Below are positions 40,974-50,511 of a DNA stretch of 64,000 bases, one piece after another. Within the stretch, counting starts at the first letter, position 1; every line of letters starts with the position of its first letter. The notes below the pieces were generated by a model. It made no database searches and was not told where the DNA came from. It saw nothing but the letters and a program-made list of their open reading frames with translations. The position numbers and the translations under genes are program-made. Location of the stretch: assembly GCA_963666975.2 (NCBI GenBank), contig CAXVYR010000004.1, forward strand, positions 704,001 through 768,000, read 5' to 3'. This DNA is from Terriglobia bacterium. GTDB taxonomy: Bacteria > Acidobacteriota > Terriglobia > 2-12-FULL-54-10.

Positions 40974-42794
40974 TCAGAAGCCGGGCGCCTGGAATCTGAT
41001 CTGTCCACCTACGGCTGTCATCAATGTCTTAAGGTTGTTGATTTCCGATTCAGGCACTGAGAAATAGTCCTTATCGATCACGATGAAGTCTGCCAGCTTG
41101 CCGGGTTCGAGGGACCCCAGATCGTTCGGCCGGAGCAAGAACTCCGCGGGCCAATTCGTCCATGCCTTCATTACCGTGGTCCGGTCCAATTTGTTTTGGG
41201 GACTGTAAACCTTCCCGTTAATTTCCCGGGTCACCCAGACTCCCAGCCACGGCCAAATGGTGTCGCGCCATTCGTCCGGCCAAGTTCCCCACAGAGCCTT
41301 GCCGATCATTTTTTCCTGCATCATCTCCTCATGGGATTGGCCCAGTACGAGGTGCGAATCCGTATTCAGCGTGAACCGCGCGCCAGCATCTGCAAAAGCT
41401 TTCACGGGAAGTACCCATGGAATGTATTCTGGTCCGTAGTTTTGCATTACTGTTTCCTCGTTCGTGAGCGACCGTGCCTGGAAAGCCATCCAGAACCCAT
41501 ACTGGGCAAATGTCTTTGCCAGTTCTGGTTGGAGGAATGTGCCATGATCGAATCCCCACCCCTGTTGTTTGATCTCCTCCAAGGTCATGACGCCCTCTTG
41601 GATTACCTTATCGGCAATCTCCACAGCGGCATTGAGAGCCTTGTCCGTATACAAATGCAAGTTCGCCAGCCGTATCCCTTTGCGAGCAGCCGCTAAATGA
41701 CCGTCATACCCCCGGGTTCCGGGAGTGATCTCGCAGCGTTGAGCACTTGCCCGTTGCGCTTTGCGGGCCTCTTCGGTTCGGGGAACAGCGGTGGTGCAAG
41801 CAGCGTTTGCCCAACCCTCCTGTCCGACTCCAATATTCCAAAAATATTCGCTGCCCTGGCCCACAAAGTCTCCTAGCAGCGAATAAAACTCCGCAGGATC
41901 CTTCGCGAGAGAATACCCGATACGATGCACCCAAGCCCAACGAACCGGCATCTTCCCCTGCTGATCCAGGTAATTCACGGAACGCAAAACCTGAGGGCTT
42001 TCAATGTGTGACATAACCGTGGTTACACCAAGAGGCAGGTTCTCCGCCATCTCTTCGGAAACCAAACCGGCCACTTGCTCTGTTTTCCCTTTCAGGATGA
42101 GGTCGTACGTCACGAGATACCAGATCCGAAGGTTGTCTACCTCTGTCCCCAGAACTCGTTCCATTTCCTGCTTGGCCTTTGTGTTGGTGACCGTATTGCC
42201 TACGATTCCTGTCATAACCGCTAGCGGAGTGTCAGGAGCGATCTGGTCCAACTCAGCCCGGGTAATTCCTCCTTCCCCAATGGCCTGCCGGAAAGCGGGA
42301 GAGATAGAGGCGATCACCCACTTGTCGGGCCCTGCCTGCTGAATGCGCCTATTGATTGACTCGCCCAGCCTGCTCTTCACTTCGTTCAGATCCCTTCCCT
42401 CAACGTAGAGCCATTGCAATTGCGGATCATATTTGAATCCCAGATGCATCATCCCCCAAAGGTGAGGATGGGTGTGGGCATCAATCAGGCCGGGGAGCAC
42501 GGTCCTTCCCTTTGCATCAATCATTTCAGTTTGTGGACCAGCCAACCGCCGAATGGCGTCATTGGTTCCCAGTTGCCAAATGCGGTTTCCGCGAATCGCC
42601 ATAGCTTGGCGCGAAGAAAGGTTCTCGTCCATTGTGTAGATCTTGGCGTTATAAACAATCAGACTGGGGTAGACCGCCAATTGTTCTAAGGCTTGCTGGC
42701 TCGGAGCCTGGCCAACAGCAAGCTGTGCGGGCCAAAGCCCGACTACTAATACAAACAGTAAGATCGAACTGGTCTTTGGTCTTTTCATAGTCAA
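40974..42794 (-). CDS. Secreted YtcJ-like amidohydrolase
   Basis: Signal peptide, GRTVLPGLIDAHTH, GSLEPGKLADFIVID. Confidence 0.88.
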   Translation of the reverse strand: MTMKRPKTSSILLFVLVVGLWPAQLAVGQAPSQQALEQLAVYPSLIVYNAKIYTMDENLSSRQAMAIRGNRIWQLGTNDAIRRLAGPQTEMIDAKGRTVLPGLIDAHTHPHLWGMMHLGFKYDPQLQWLYVEGRDLNEVKSRLGESINRRIQQAGPDKWVIASISPAFRQAIGEGGITRAELDQIAPDTPLAVMTGIVGNTVTNTKAKQEMERVLGTEVDNLRIWYLVTYDLILKGKTEQVAGLVSEEMAENLPLGVTTVMSHIESPQVLRSVNYLDQQGKMPVRWAWVHRIGYSLAKDPAEFYSLLGDFVGQGSEYFWNIGVGQEGWANAACTTAVPRTEEARKAQRASAQRCEITPGTRGYDGHLAAARKGIRLANLHLYTDKALNAAVEIADKVIQEGVMTLEEIKQQGWGFDHGTFLQPELAKTFAQYGFWMAFQARSLTNEETVMQNYGPEYIPWVLPVKAFADAGARFTLNTDSHLVLGQSHEEMMQEKMIGKALWGTWPDEWRDTIWPWLGVWVTREINGKVYSPQNKLDRTTVMKAWTNWPAEFLLRPNDLGSLEPGKLADFIVIDKDYFSVPESEINNLKTLMTAVGGQIRFQAPGF

Positions 42795-42798
42795 TCCA

Positions 42799-44610
42799 CT
42801 AAAAGTTTGGGGCTCTGAATGCCACCTTCCCGTCTACAACGGTCATGAGGTTATTAATCGTCACCAGCTCTCTGTCTGGAATCGTGAAGTAATCCTTGTC
42901 AATGACGGCAAGGTCTGCCAGCTTGCCGGGCTCCAACGATCCCAACTCTTTCCCGCGAAGCAGATTGTCCGCCGCCCAGTTCGTCCAGCCACGCAGGGCG
43001 GTGATCCGGTCAATCCTCTCCTCGGGAGTCCAAACTTTCCCGTGCAGTTCCCGGGTCACCCAAAAACCCACCCAGGGCCAGATCGAATCGTGGTAAGGCC
43101 AATCCTTGATCAGCGATTGATCAATCATCTTCGCGGCCATGGGATCCAGTGAGCCGACATGGGCATCACTGGAGATGATGAAACGCCCCCCGGCCTTCTT
43201 CCAACTGTTCAGAGGCATGATCCAGGGCACATAATCCTCCCCGAAATTGGGTGAAATCGTGGACAGGGCGCCGGCGAACTGGGACGCCTGAAAGCTCATC
43301 CAGAAGCGGTATTTCCCGGCCAGCGGAATTTGATCGGGACGGACGAGATGCCCGTGATCGAAACTCCACCCAGGTTCCTGGATTTGTTCCATGGTTAGAG
43401 CTCCCTCGCGGATCACTTGATCCGCCAGACGAATGGCGCCATCCAGTTCCCCGTCCCAGATGGCATGAACAATGGCCAGCCGAAGACCCGCCTTGACGGC
43501 AGCGAGGTGAGCGTCGTAACCCCAAACGCCCGGCACATAAGCACAACCCTCAATAGAGCGGCGTCTCAACTGTTGACGCATTTCTTCGCTTTGCGGGATG
43601 GCCGACGTGCATCCGCTCGGTCCCCAGCTCTCCGCTCCGACCCCAAAGTTCCAAATCCAGTTATCTCCTTGACCGGTAAAATCCCCTAGCAATCGATAAA
43701 ACTCTGCCGGGTCTTTCGCCAGGCTGAAACCACTTCGATGGACCCAAGCCCACCGGCCGGGCAACCTTCCCTCGCGGTGTAACAGGTTCAGGGCCCTAAA
43801 AACGTTCAGGGGTTCGATGTGGCTGGCGAATGTCGTGATGCCGAACGAGACATTTTCTTCCATTTCTTCTACAAGCATGTCGGCAATGGTTCCGATTTTG
43901 TCCCGAAGAATGATGTCGTATGGGACCATGTACCACACCCGCAGACCTAACAGCTCCTTCCCAAAGCTTTCCTCCATCAACTCCTTTGCCTTGGTGTTGG
44001 AGACACCCGCAAAGTAGCCTGCGGTAAGAAAGACAGGTGTCTCGGGCGCAATTCGGTCCAACTCAGCCCGCGTGATGCCCTGCCTGGCAATCGCGCTATC
44101 GGCCAACTGCCAGGGAATGCTGACGATGACCCATTTGTCGGACCCTTCCTTTTGAATTCTTGCCTCGATAGCCGGCCCCATCTTCAGCTTCACGTCCTCT
44201 AAATTCTTTTCATCCAGAAAAACCGGAGCGAGCTGGACATCGTACTTCGGACCCAGATGGGGCAATGCCCAAAGGTGGGGGTGGTTGTGGGCGTCTATCA
44301 GGCCCGGCACCACGGTCCGGCCCTTGAGATCGATCAATTCCGTCTGTGGCCCGGCTAACTGCCTGATTTCTTGATCGTCGCCCAGTTTCCAGATTCTGTT
44401 TGCACGAATCGCCATTGCCTGATGGAAGGTCATGTTCGCGTCCATCGTTGCAATCTTCCCGTTGTAGACAATCAAGGTGGGGTAGACCGCCAGTTCTTCC
44501 AAGACTGTCCGGCTCGGAGTTTGAGCCTCCACAACCTGCAAGGGCAAAAGCCAGACCGTGAATGCAAACAGCAAAATTGAGAACGATTTCAATTTTTGTA
44601 TCTTTTCCAT
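42799..44610 (-). CDS. Secreted YtcJ-like amidohydrolase (tandem paralog)
   Basis: Signal peptide, PGLIDAHNH, HAIWD, SSDAH, GSLEPGKLAD. Confidence 0.88.
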   Translation of the reverse strand: MEKIQKLKSFSILLFAFTVWLLPLQVVEAQTPSRTVLEELAVYPTLIVYNGKIATMDANMTFHQAMAIRANRIWKLGDDQEIRQLAGPQTELIDLKGRTVVPGLIDAHNHPHLWALPHLGPKYDVQLAPVFLDEKNLEDVKLKMGPAIEARIQKEGSDKWVIVSIPWQLADSAIARQGITRAELDRIAPETPVFLTAGYFAGVSNTKAKELMEESFGKELLGLRVWYMVPYDIILRDKIGTIADMLVEEMEENVSFGITTFASHIEPLNVFRALNLLHREGRLPGRWAWVHRSGFSLAKDPAEFYRLLGDFTGQGDNWIWNFGVGAESWGPSGCTSAIPQSEEMRQQLRRRSIEGCAYVPGVWGYDAHLAAVKAGLRLAIVHAIWDGELDGAIRLADQVIREGALTMEQIQEPGWSFDHGHLVRPDQIPLAGKYRFWMSFQASQFAGALSTISPNFGEDYVPWIMPLNSWKKAGGRFIISSDAHVGSLDPMAAKMIDQSLIKDWPYHDSIWPWVGFWVTRELHGKVWTPEERIDRITALRGWTNWAADNLLRGKELGSLEPGKLADLAVIDKDYFTIPDRELVTINNLMTVVDGKVAFRAPNF

Positions 44611-44763
44611 AGGACTGCCTCCCTGCGCCCGTTGTCTCGCGGGCAATTCAGATGATCTAGTGAAATTCAAAAGTCCCTTGGACCAGGTCGCTTCCATTCA
44701 AACTGCCGAAAGGATCCCGGCTCCCTGAAGTGTAGGTTTTCTTGGGTGCCGTCGGCATGCTGA

Positions 44764-45295
44764 TCAAAAATTCGATGACTGGTATACGATCTTCCCACCG
44801 ATTCCTGTCATGAGATTCCGGATGGTTACCAGTTCCCTCTCTGGAATCGTGAAGTAAGTCTTATCAATGACGTCAAAGTCTGCCAGCTTGCCCGACTCCA
44901 ACGAGCCGAAATGTGCATCCCTGGACAAAATGAAACGTGCCCCAGCCTTCTTCCAGCTGTTTACGGGGCTAATCCACGGCAAATATTCATCTCCGAAATC
45001 GCGCAGAAATTCATCGAGGGCGCTGGCAAACATGATACCTTAAAAGCTCATCCAGAAGCCATACTTCCCAGCCAGCGGAATCTGATCCGGCCGGACAAGA
45101 CGCCCTTGATCAAAGCTCCATCCGAGTTCGCACACTTGCTCGAGCGTCAGGGCCCCTTCCTGAATCACTTGATCTGCCAGGTGAATGGCTCCATCCAGCT
45201 CCCCATCATAAGATGGCATGAACTATAGCCAGCCCCATATCTCCCTTGATGGCAGCCAACTGGGCGTCATAACCCCCCCCAGCGATGCACATAAT
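44764..45295 (-). pseudogene. Internally deleted third amidohydrolase paralog
   Basis: GYDAQLAA..., GARFILSRDAH joined directly to GSLESGKLAD; frameshifts. Confidence 0.8.
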
Positions 45296-45312
45296 CCTGC
45301 CGGGCGAGGAGG

Positions 45313-45738
45313 CTACTGGGAAGAGCGCTTCAAAGACTTCAAATAAGCCACCGATGCTTCCGCATCCTCCCGGTTCAGGCGGTACGGCGGCATGGGGGGT
45401 CTAGCTTCGGTGCCATTCGGTCGCTTCCCGATTTCCAGGAATCGAATCGCGTCTTCCTCGGTCCAGCCGGGAAGTCCGGCGATAGGTGGGGAATAGCCGG
45501 CCATATTCGGATTGTTCCTCGCGCCGGGGAAGGGAGCGCCTTCCAGCGATCGCGTGGGGTCCGGTTTCCCATCTTTCCCTGTCGGCGTGTGGCAGTCAAC
45601 ACACATGGATACCCGTTCTACGAGGTACTTACCGCGCTCGATCAGCTCCTTGCGCGGCTCCTGCGCCGCCAGTTCGGATAGGGCAACCAGCCCTATCATC
45701 ACAACCAATCCCATCATCCCGCCAAAAATGCTCCGCAT
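45313..45738 (-). CDS. Monoheme cytochrome c
   Basis: Signal peptide, RGKYLV...CVDCHTP, RPPMP. Confidence 0.88.
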   Translation of the reverse strand: MRSIFGGMMGLVVMIGLVALSELAAQEPRKELIERGKYLVERVSMCVDCHTPTGKDGKPDPTRSLEGAPFPGARNNPNMAGYSPPIAGLPGWTEEDAIRFLEIGKRPNGTEARPPMPPYRLNREDAEASVAYLKSLKRSSQ

Positions 45739-45828
45739 CCGCCTTTCCTCCCAGGACGTTGATAGTTTTTGAGATTCCCGCTCGCTCTCCTGTTATGAAC
45801 GAACAAATCAGACGCAGCGAGAAGTATA

Positions 45829-46026
45829 CCGGAATTAGTTATTTAACCCTCCGGTGGTTGCGAGTATACGCCCATTTTGCCTTCAACTGAGCCCTTCCAG
45901 CGCAGATTTCCTTTCACTCCTTGGGTGTACACCTCTGAAGCCAATGATGATGCTCGAACCCTCATCAATATTGACGTTGGAGCCATTCAGAAGATTGCCG
46001 CTGCGATTTCAAACTGGAAATGCGCG
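45829..46026 (-). mobile_element. IS1380-derived MITE-like element
   Basis: Both ends of 29815-31475 joined with the transposase deleted. Confidence 0.7.
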
Positions 46027-46043
46027 ATTAACGGTGTTTTTCC

Positions 46044-46680
46044 TTAGCCGACTCCACCGACAGTAGCACCTTTTGCAGAGGCAGATTTTTCGGAAATCTG
46101 TTCATCTGAGTTATTGACGCCGGGCAAACGCTTCAGCATTGCAAGAAGGTCTATCCCGGTTAACGCCTCAACGAGGTGTGGAACCTGAGCGATCGTGTGA
46201 GTTATGTCTCGTGTAATCTTGCTGGTTCCAGCCCCGTTGGAATCGCCTCCTCCGTTGCCCACCACTACAATTCGTTCGGTCTTGGCTAACGGCTGTGCTA
46301 CGGCCCTCACAACCTCAGGAAGCGATTCGAGCAGATGCCGGATCAATGCCGCTTGGCCGTACTCCTTCCAGGCGTCAGCCTTTCGTTGCATCGCTTCAGC
46401 TTCGGCGAGACCGCGAGCTCGTATAGCATCGGCATCAGCCTGACCCCGCAGTTTTGTGCCTTCGGCCTCAGCGGTAGCCTCTGCTACAACGCGTGCCTTG
46501 TTGCCTTCTGCATTGGTTTCCAGATGGTAACGCTCAGCCTCTGCTGGTCTCCTGACGGTGGCTTCCAACTCCCGTTCCCGGCGCTTGATTTCCTGTTCTC
46601 CTACTTCGATTTGTTTCTGACGCTCCACAACCGAGATCTGCAGATCCTCTTCCCTAATCGGCTGTTTAACCTTAGTTGCC
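46044..46680 (-). pseudogene. Flotillin C-terminal fragment
   Basis: RRERELEATVRRPAEAE, GLAEAEAMQRKADAW; no SPFH domain. Confidence 0.8.
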
Positions 46681-46749
46681 TGGAGATGGCACGCCAATCC
46701 CGAATCAGCTTTAGAACCGGTCTCAAAAATGGCCATTTTCTGTTAACCG

Positions 46750-46812
46750 TCAGGGCACGGCTTCAGCCGTGCCGTAAAAAGCCTTGAAAAACAGGGGCTT
46801 CAGCCCCTGAGG
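46750..46812. repeat. REP-like palindromes
   Basis: GGCACGGCTTCAGCCGTGCC and AGGGGCTTCAGCCCCT. Confidence 0.65.
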
Positions 46813-47409
46813 TAACTTTCGTTTTTGCCAATTGCGTCATTCCGCGCATTTTTGAGACCAGTTCTAGCCGGGAATTCCATTTTGTGTTCCCGTGTGGCTG
46901 TCAGTATGTACCCGGAAAAACCACCACAAACTCCTAGGGCAATCAAGGTGTTCAGTGTCTCCCGAAAACAAAAAGCCGACTCACGACTGATGGCTGTTAC
47001 CGATACCACCTGCGACGAGTCGGCTCTTTTTGATTTTGTCGGGGTGTCATTTCGTGCCCCTTCCCGACTTTTGCCCCACGCTTATGCGGGGCTAGGCCGC
47101 GAACAAGGTTTCTTTACCCGCTTTACCTTCCGACCGCTGCCTAGGCCGCGAACAAGGGCTTTACCTTCCAACGGAAACTTGGGCCTTGCCTCAGGTGAAC
47201 TTGTGGTTGGACAATTGAGTGCGAAATCGAGCCTCTGAGAGGCGAACTGCGCTGTTTCTGCTACCTCCGGAGGATGCTGTCAATGACTTAATTAGGAAGG
47301 ACACTGGGTGGGATTTCCGTTATGAAAACTACCTTCACATCCTACACCCTCCACTCTCTTGTAACCAGTCCAGAGCACCATGGCCCCTTCCGGGATGGCA
47401 ACTTCGTGA

Positions 47410-47542
47410 AGGAGAACCGAAAGCGGCACTCACCCACTGGATTTCTACCTCCTGGTGGCTGCATTGACGCTGGAACCCATATCAATATTGATGTTGGAGG
47501 TTAGTAGATGGTTGCAGCTGTGTTTTCAAAAAGGAAATACGG
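47410..47542 (-). mobile_element. Diverged IS1380 left-end relic
   Basis: ATCAATATTGATGTTGGAGGTTAG matches 31411-31434. Confidence 0.55.
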
Positions 47543-47574
47543 TGTAGAAGATCTCTCCATTGAGAAACTCGTCT

Positions 47575-47776
47575 CGAAACTGCTCCGTGATTCCCAACTT
47601 CCTACAGAACTCTCCGGTTGTCTGGCCCTTAGCCAGTTCCACTTCCGCCTCTCGTAGATGTCGTATGATCTGTTCGGCCGGGTATCACTTCTTCGGCATA
47701 CTTCCCCCCTTTCCAAGTCCAGTGCTAACCCTAAACTCTAATTTGCCAACTGGACCGATTTATGAGGAGCAGGTCA
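47575..47776 (-). mobile_element. IS3-family left end with dead orfA
   Basis: TGACCTGCTCCTCATAAATCGGTCCAG end; MPKK*YPAEQIIRHLREAEVELAKG. Confidence 0.7.
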
Positions 47777-47885
47777 GCATCGAGTTCGTTTCGCTATCAG
47801 AACAAGTAGACACCAGCACGCCGATTGGAAAGATGGTCTTTACGGTCATGGACGACGTGGCCGAACTGGAGCGCAGCCTCATAGT
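47777..47885 (+). pseudogene. Serine recombinase fragment
   Basis: IEFVSLSEQVDTSTPIGKMVFTVM..VAELERSLI. Confidence 0.75.
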
Positions 47886-47997
47886 ACTCCCATATCCGCT
47901 GATGTCAAACACCGGGGGGGGGCAGGAACGTGGCCGTTTCCCCAGGCACCCATCTTGCACAACCTTCTCCATGCGTTCCGAGAGGCAGCATCCTGCG

Positions 47998-50265
47998 CTA
48001 GTAGTCGAACGAGTAAGTGAGCTTGAGCTGTAGGGAGCGGTCCTTTCGGCGGTCGAGCATTGCCACCGTATGTTCCGGTTCTGTGAAAATTTCATCGCGG
48101 CGGCCTTCGTTATAAACCAGAAAGAAATCGTCGCCGGGCCGGAAAATGTAGTTTAGCCGGAAGTTGAATCCCAAAAAGGAATCGGTGTTGCTATATTGCA
48201 TTGTGGTGCTGGTGAGCCACTGATTGTTGAAGTTGTAATTGACGCGGGTGTTGACGGTGTGGTCGGTGAACTTTCCCTGCGGAAAGGTAGCCTTGTTCAG
48301 TTGATATCCGGCCTCCACAGAGAGTTTCTCGCCAAGCTTCAGGCGTGGGTTGATTTCCAAATTGTGGAGATCCCCTCCGAAGAAGCCGTACTCACGCTTC
48401 CAATTGAAGAAACCCGATAGTTTTCTGCCGGGATTAGCGGTATAGCGGATCCCGTTATACCACCAACTGTAGGTTCCTGCAGGAATCACCACACCCGGCC
48501 GGATTTCGAATGGTATCCTCAACCGTTCTAAGCGCGTATGCGGCGTCCAGAGCAAGGTGTCACCGCTCTGAAAGAAGACCCCAAACGTATAATGGTTGAC
48601 GCGCGTCTCGAGTTCATTCTTCTGATTCATCGTATAGTCTGAGAGGAAAGCGATCCGAAACTGGCGAATTAACCGGCTGTTGGGGCGCGGCAGAATCGCG
48701 ATTTGTGGCGAAAACTTCCGAATGTTCTTGCGGGGAACAAATCCCACATCATCTCGAAAATCGGGATCCACGACGACATACTGGGTGCCCAGGAAAAAGA
48801 AATCACTATCCCATTTTACCTCTCCGATGCTCACCCAGTTGTTACCTTTTACCCCGGGTGAGCTGGATTTCCCCAGTAAGCCTGTCATAGTAAAATGTCT
48901 AAAAAAGACAAAGTTGGCGTCCATGCCGTAAACCCGGTTGAAATCGCTGCTCCCCCCTTTCTCGCGGTTAATGAGGAATCCCCCTACCGTAGACCGCGAC
49001 AACACGTCCCGTTTCACGCGCATCACCCCGTAGTTACTAGCGGGAACGCCTTCCGACGACAGAGCCTCGGTCTGGACATTCAACAGGCCCAGCGTGAGCC
49101 CTTGGAGCTTCCCAGTGATGCGGCCTCCAGCAACGATGGGTACAGGTTGTCCTCCGGCAAGGCCAATCTGTCGGCTGTGAAATAGATTAATTACCTGCCG
49201 GTTACCCTCGGTCCGGGCAACACCAAACTCATAGATGCCCGCCCCTTCCAAGAAGAACTCCCGTTTTTCGGGAAAAAAAAGCGAGAAGCGGTCCAGGTTC
49301 ACCTGCTGATCATCGACTTCAGTCTGGGCAAAGTCGGTCCGCCAGGTCATGTCCGCCGTGAGGCCCGGCGTGATCCGATATTTCAAAACTTCCATCCCGA
49401 TGTCGGAAGTGTTGCGCAGCGTGCTCCGGGACCGGTCGGACGTTTGTCGAAATCCCGCCACCGAAAACGGCTTCACCCGCAACCGCAGCCCTGTTTCGAT
49501 GTTCTCCAGCCCTTCCAGATGTCCTGCCTGAGAGACGTTTTCCAGATTGAAGCCGCGCCGGAAACCGTTCCAATAAGCAAACTCATTCTTCCGCCGAATC
49601 ACCCGTTCCAGGTCGAATCCCCAGCCCTGCCCGTCTTTCTCGCTCACCCGCAGGCTCTTGAAGGGGATGGCGAACTCCGCCGTCCAGCCCGCCGGGCTCA
49701 CCTGGGAAGCTACATCCCACTTCTCGTCCCAGTTTTCGTTCACATTGTTCCCTTCGTCGGTAATCATGGCGTCATATTGGGTGCCCAGTGGATTCGTGCG
49801 GAACAGGAAAGCATTGCGGTGGTCGTGAAAGGTATCGAGCACGATGGTGATAGTGTCGTCGTTTTCCAGATTGTTGTCCCGCCGCCGCTCGGTCGCCAGT
49901 ATCCCGTCGGCGCCGGTGTCATAGCAGATGATCCCGACGTATAAGGTCGTGGCCGTGTAGAGGACCCGGAACTCCGTCCTTTCCGTGGAGGCTTCGCCTT
50001 CCTGCGGATCTTTCTGAACGAATCCCAAGGAGACTTGAGCTTGCTGCCAGGCCGGATCGTCGAGGCTCCCGTCCACCTCCACCGGCAGTTCTATCTGAAT
50101 CGCAGTGATAGTTTTTTTGCCGTGGGTCCCGTCTGCAATCCGGAGACTGCTCTGGGCGTGACTGGAGGATGCAGCAAGTGCGGAAAGCAGCGGAAGGATA
50201 AACAGAAGAAGCCATCGATGCAGGCTGGTGTTTCGCGCTGACAGAGTCTCATTCTTGTCAAACAT
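47998..50265 (-). CDS. CBM9-like / DUF5916 outer-membrane protein (start uncertain)
   Basis: VDGSLDDPAW, WTAEFAIPFKSLR, DFAQTEVD, FFPEKREFFLEG. Confidence 0.8.
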   Translation of the reverse strand: MFDKNETLSARNTSLHRWLLLFILPLLSALAASSSHAQSSLRIADGTHGKKTITAIQIELPVEVDGSLDDPAWQQAQVSLGFVQKDPQEGEASTERTEFRVLYTATTLYVGIICYDTGADGILATERRRDNNLENDDTITIVLDTFHDHRNAFLFRTNPLGTQYDAMITDEGNNVNENWDEKWDVASQVSPAGWTAEFAIPFKSLRVSEKDGQGWGFDLERVIRRKNEFAYWNGFRRGFNLENVSQAGHLEGLENIETGLRLRVKPFSVAGFRQTSDRSRSTLRNTSDIGMEVLKYRITPGLTADMTWRTDFAQTEVDDQQVNLDRFSLFFPEKREFFLEGAGIYEFGVARTEGNRQVINLFHSRQIGLAGGQPVPIVAGGRITGKLQGLTLGLLNVQTEALSSEGVPASNYGVMRVKRDVLSRSTVGGFLINREKGGSSDFNRVYGMDANFVFFRHFTMTGLLGKSSSPGVKGNNWVSIGEVKWDSDFFFLGTQYVVVDPDFRDDVGFVPRKNIRKFSPQIAILPRPNSRLIRQFRIAFLSDYTMNQKNELETRVNHYTFGVFFQSGDTLLWTPHTRLERLRIPFEIRPGVVIPAGTYSWWYNGIRYTANPGRKLSGFFNWKREYGFFGGDLHNLEINPRLKLGEKLSVEAGYQLNKATFPQGKFTDHTVNTRVNYNFNNQWLTSTTMQYSNTDSFLGFNFRLNYIFRPGDDFFLVYNEGRRDEIFTEPEHTVAMLDRRKDRSLQLKLTYSFDY

Positions 50266-50511
50266 CGCTGGCTGCAAGGTGGTTCTTTTAGTCTGATAAA
50301 TGGTTATCCCCCCCCCCTCGCCATCCCGGACGAAGTGGAGCATCCTAAGTCCGAATTGCCGTTTTCAACTCTGCCTTCCACAGATCATATACCGGCCACC
50401 CTCTTATATCCAGTTCAGATTGTCATGGACGTGGCAGCGCAGCTCGTTTTAACCGTTTTGCCAATTTGTCTGTTGTTCTCATGAAGAATGTAGTGATGCT
50501 GTGTGCCCCGT

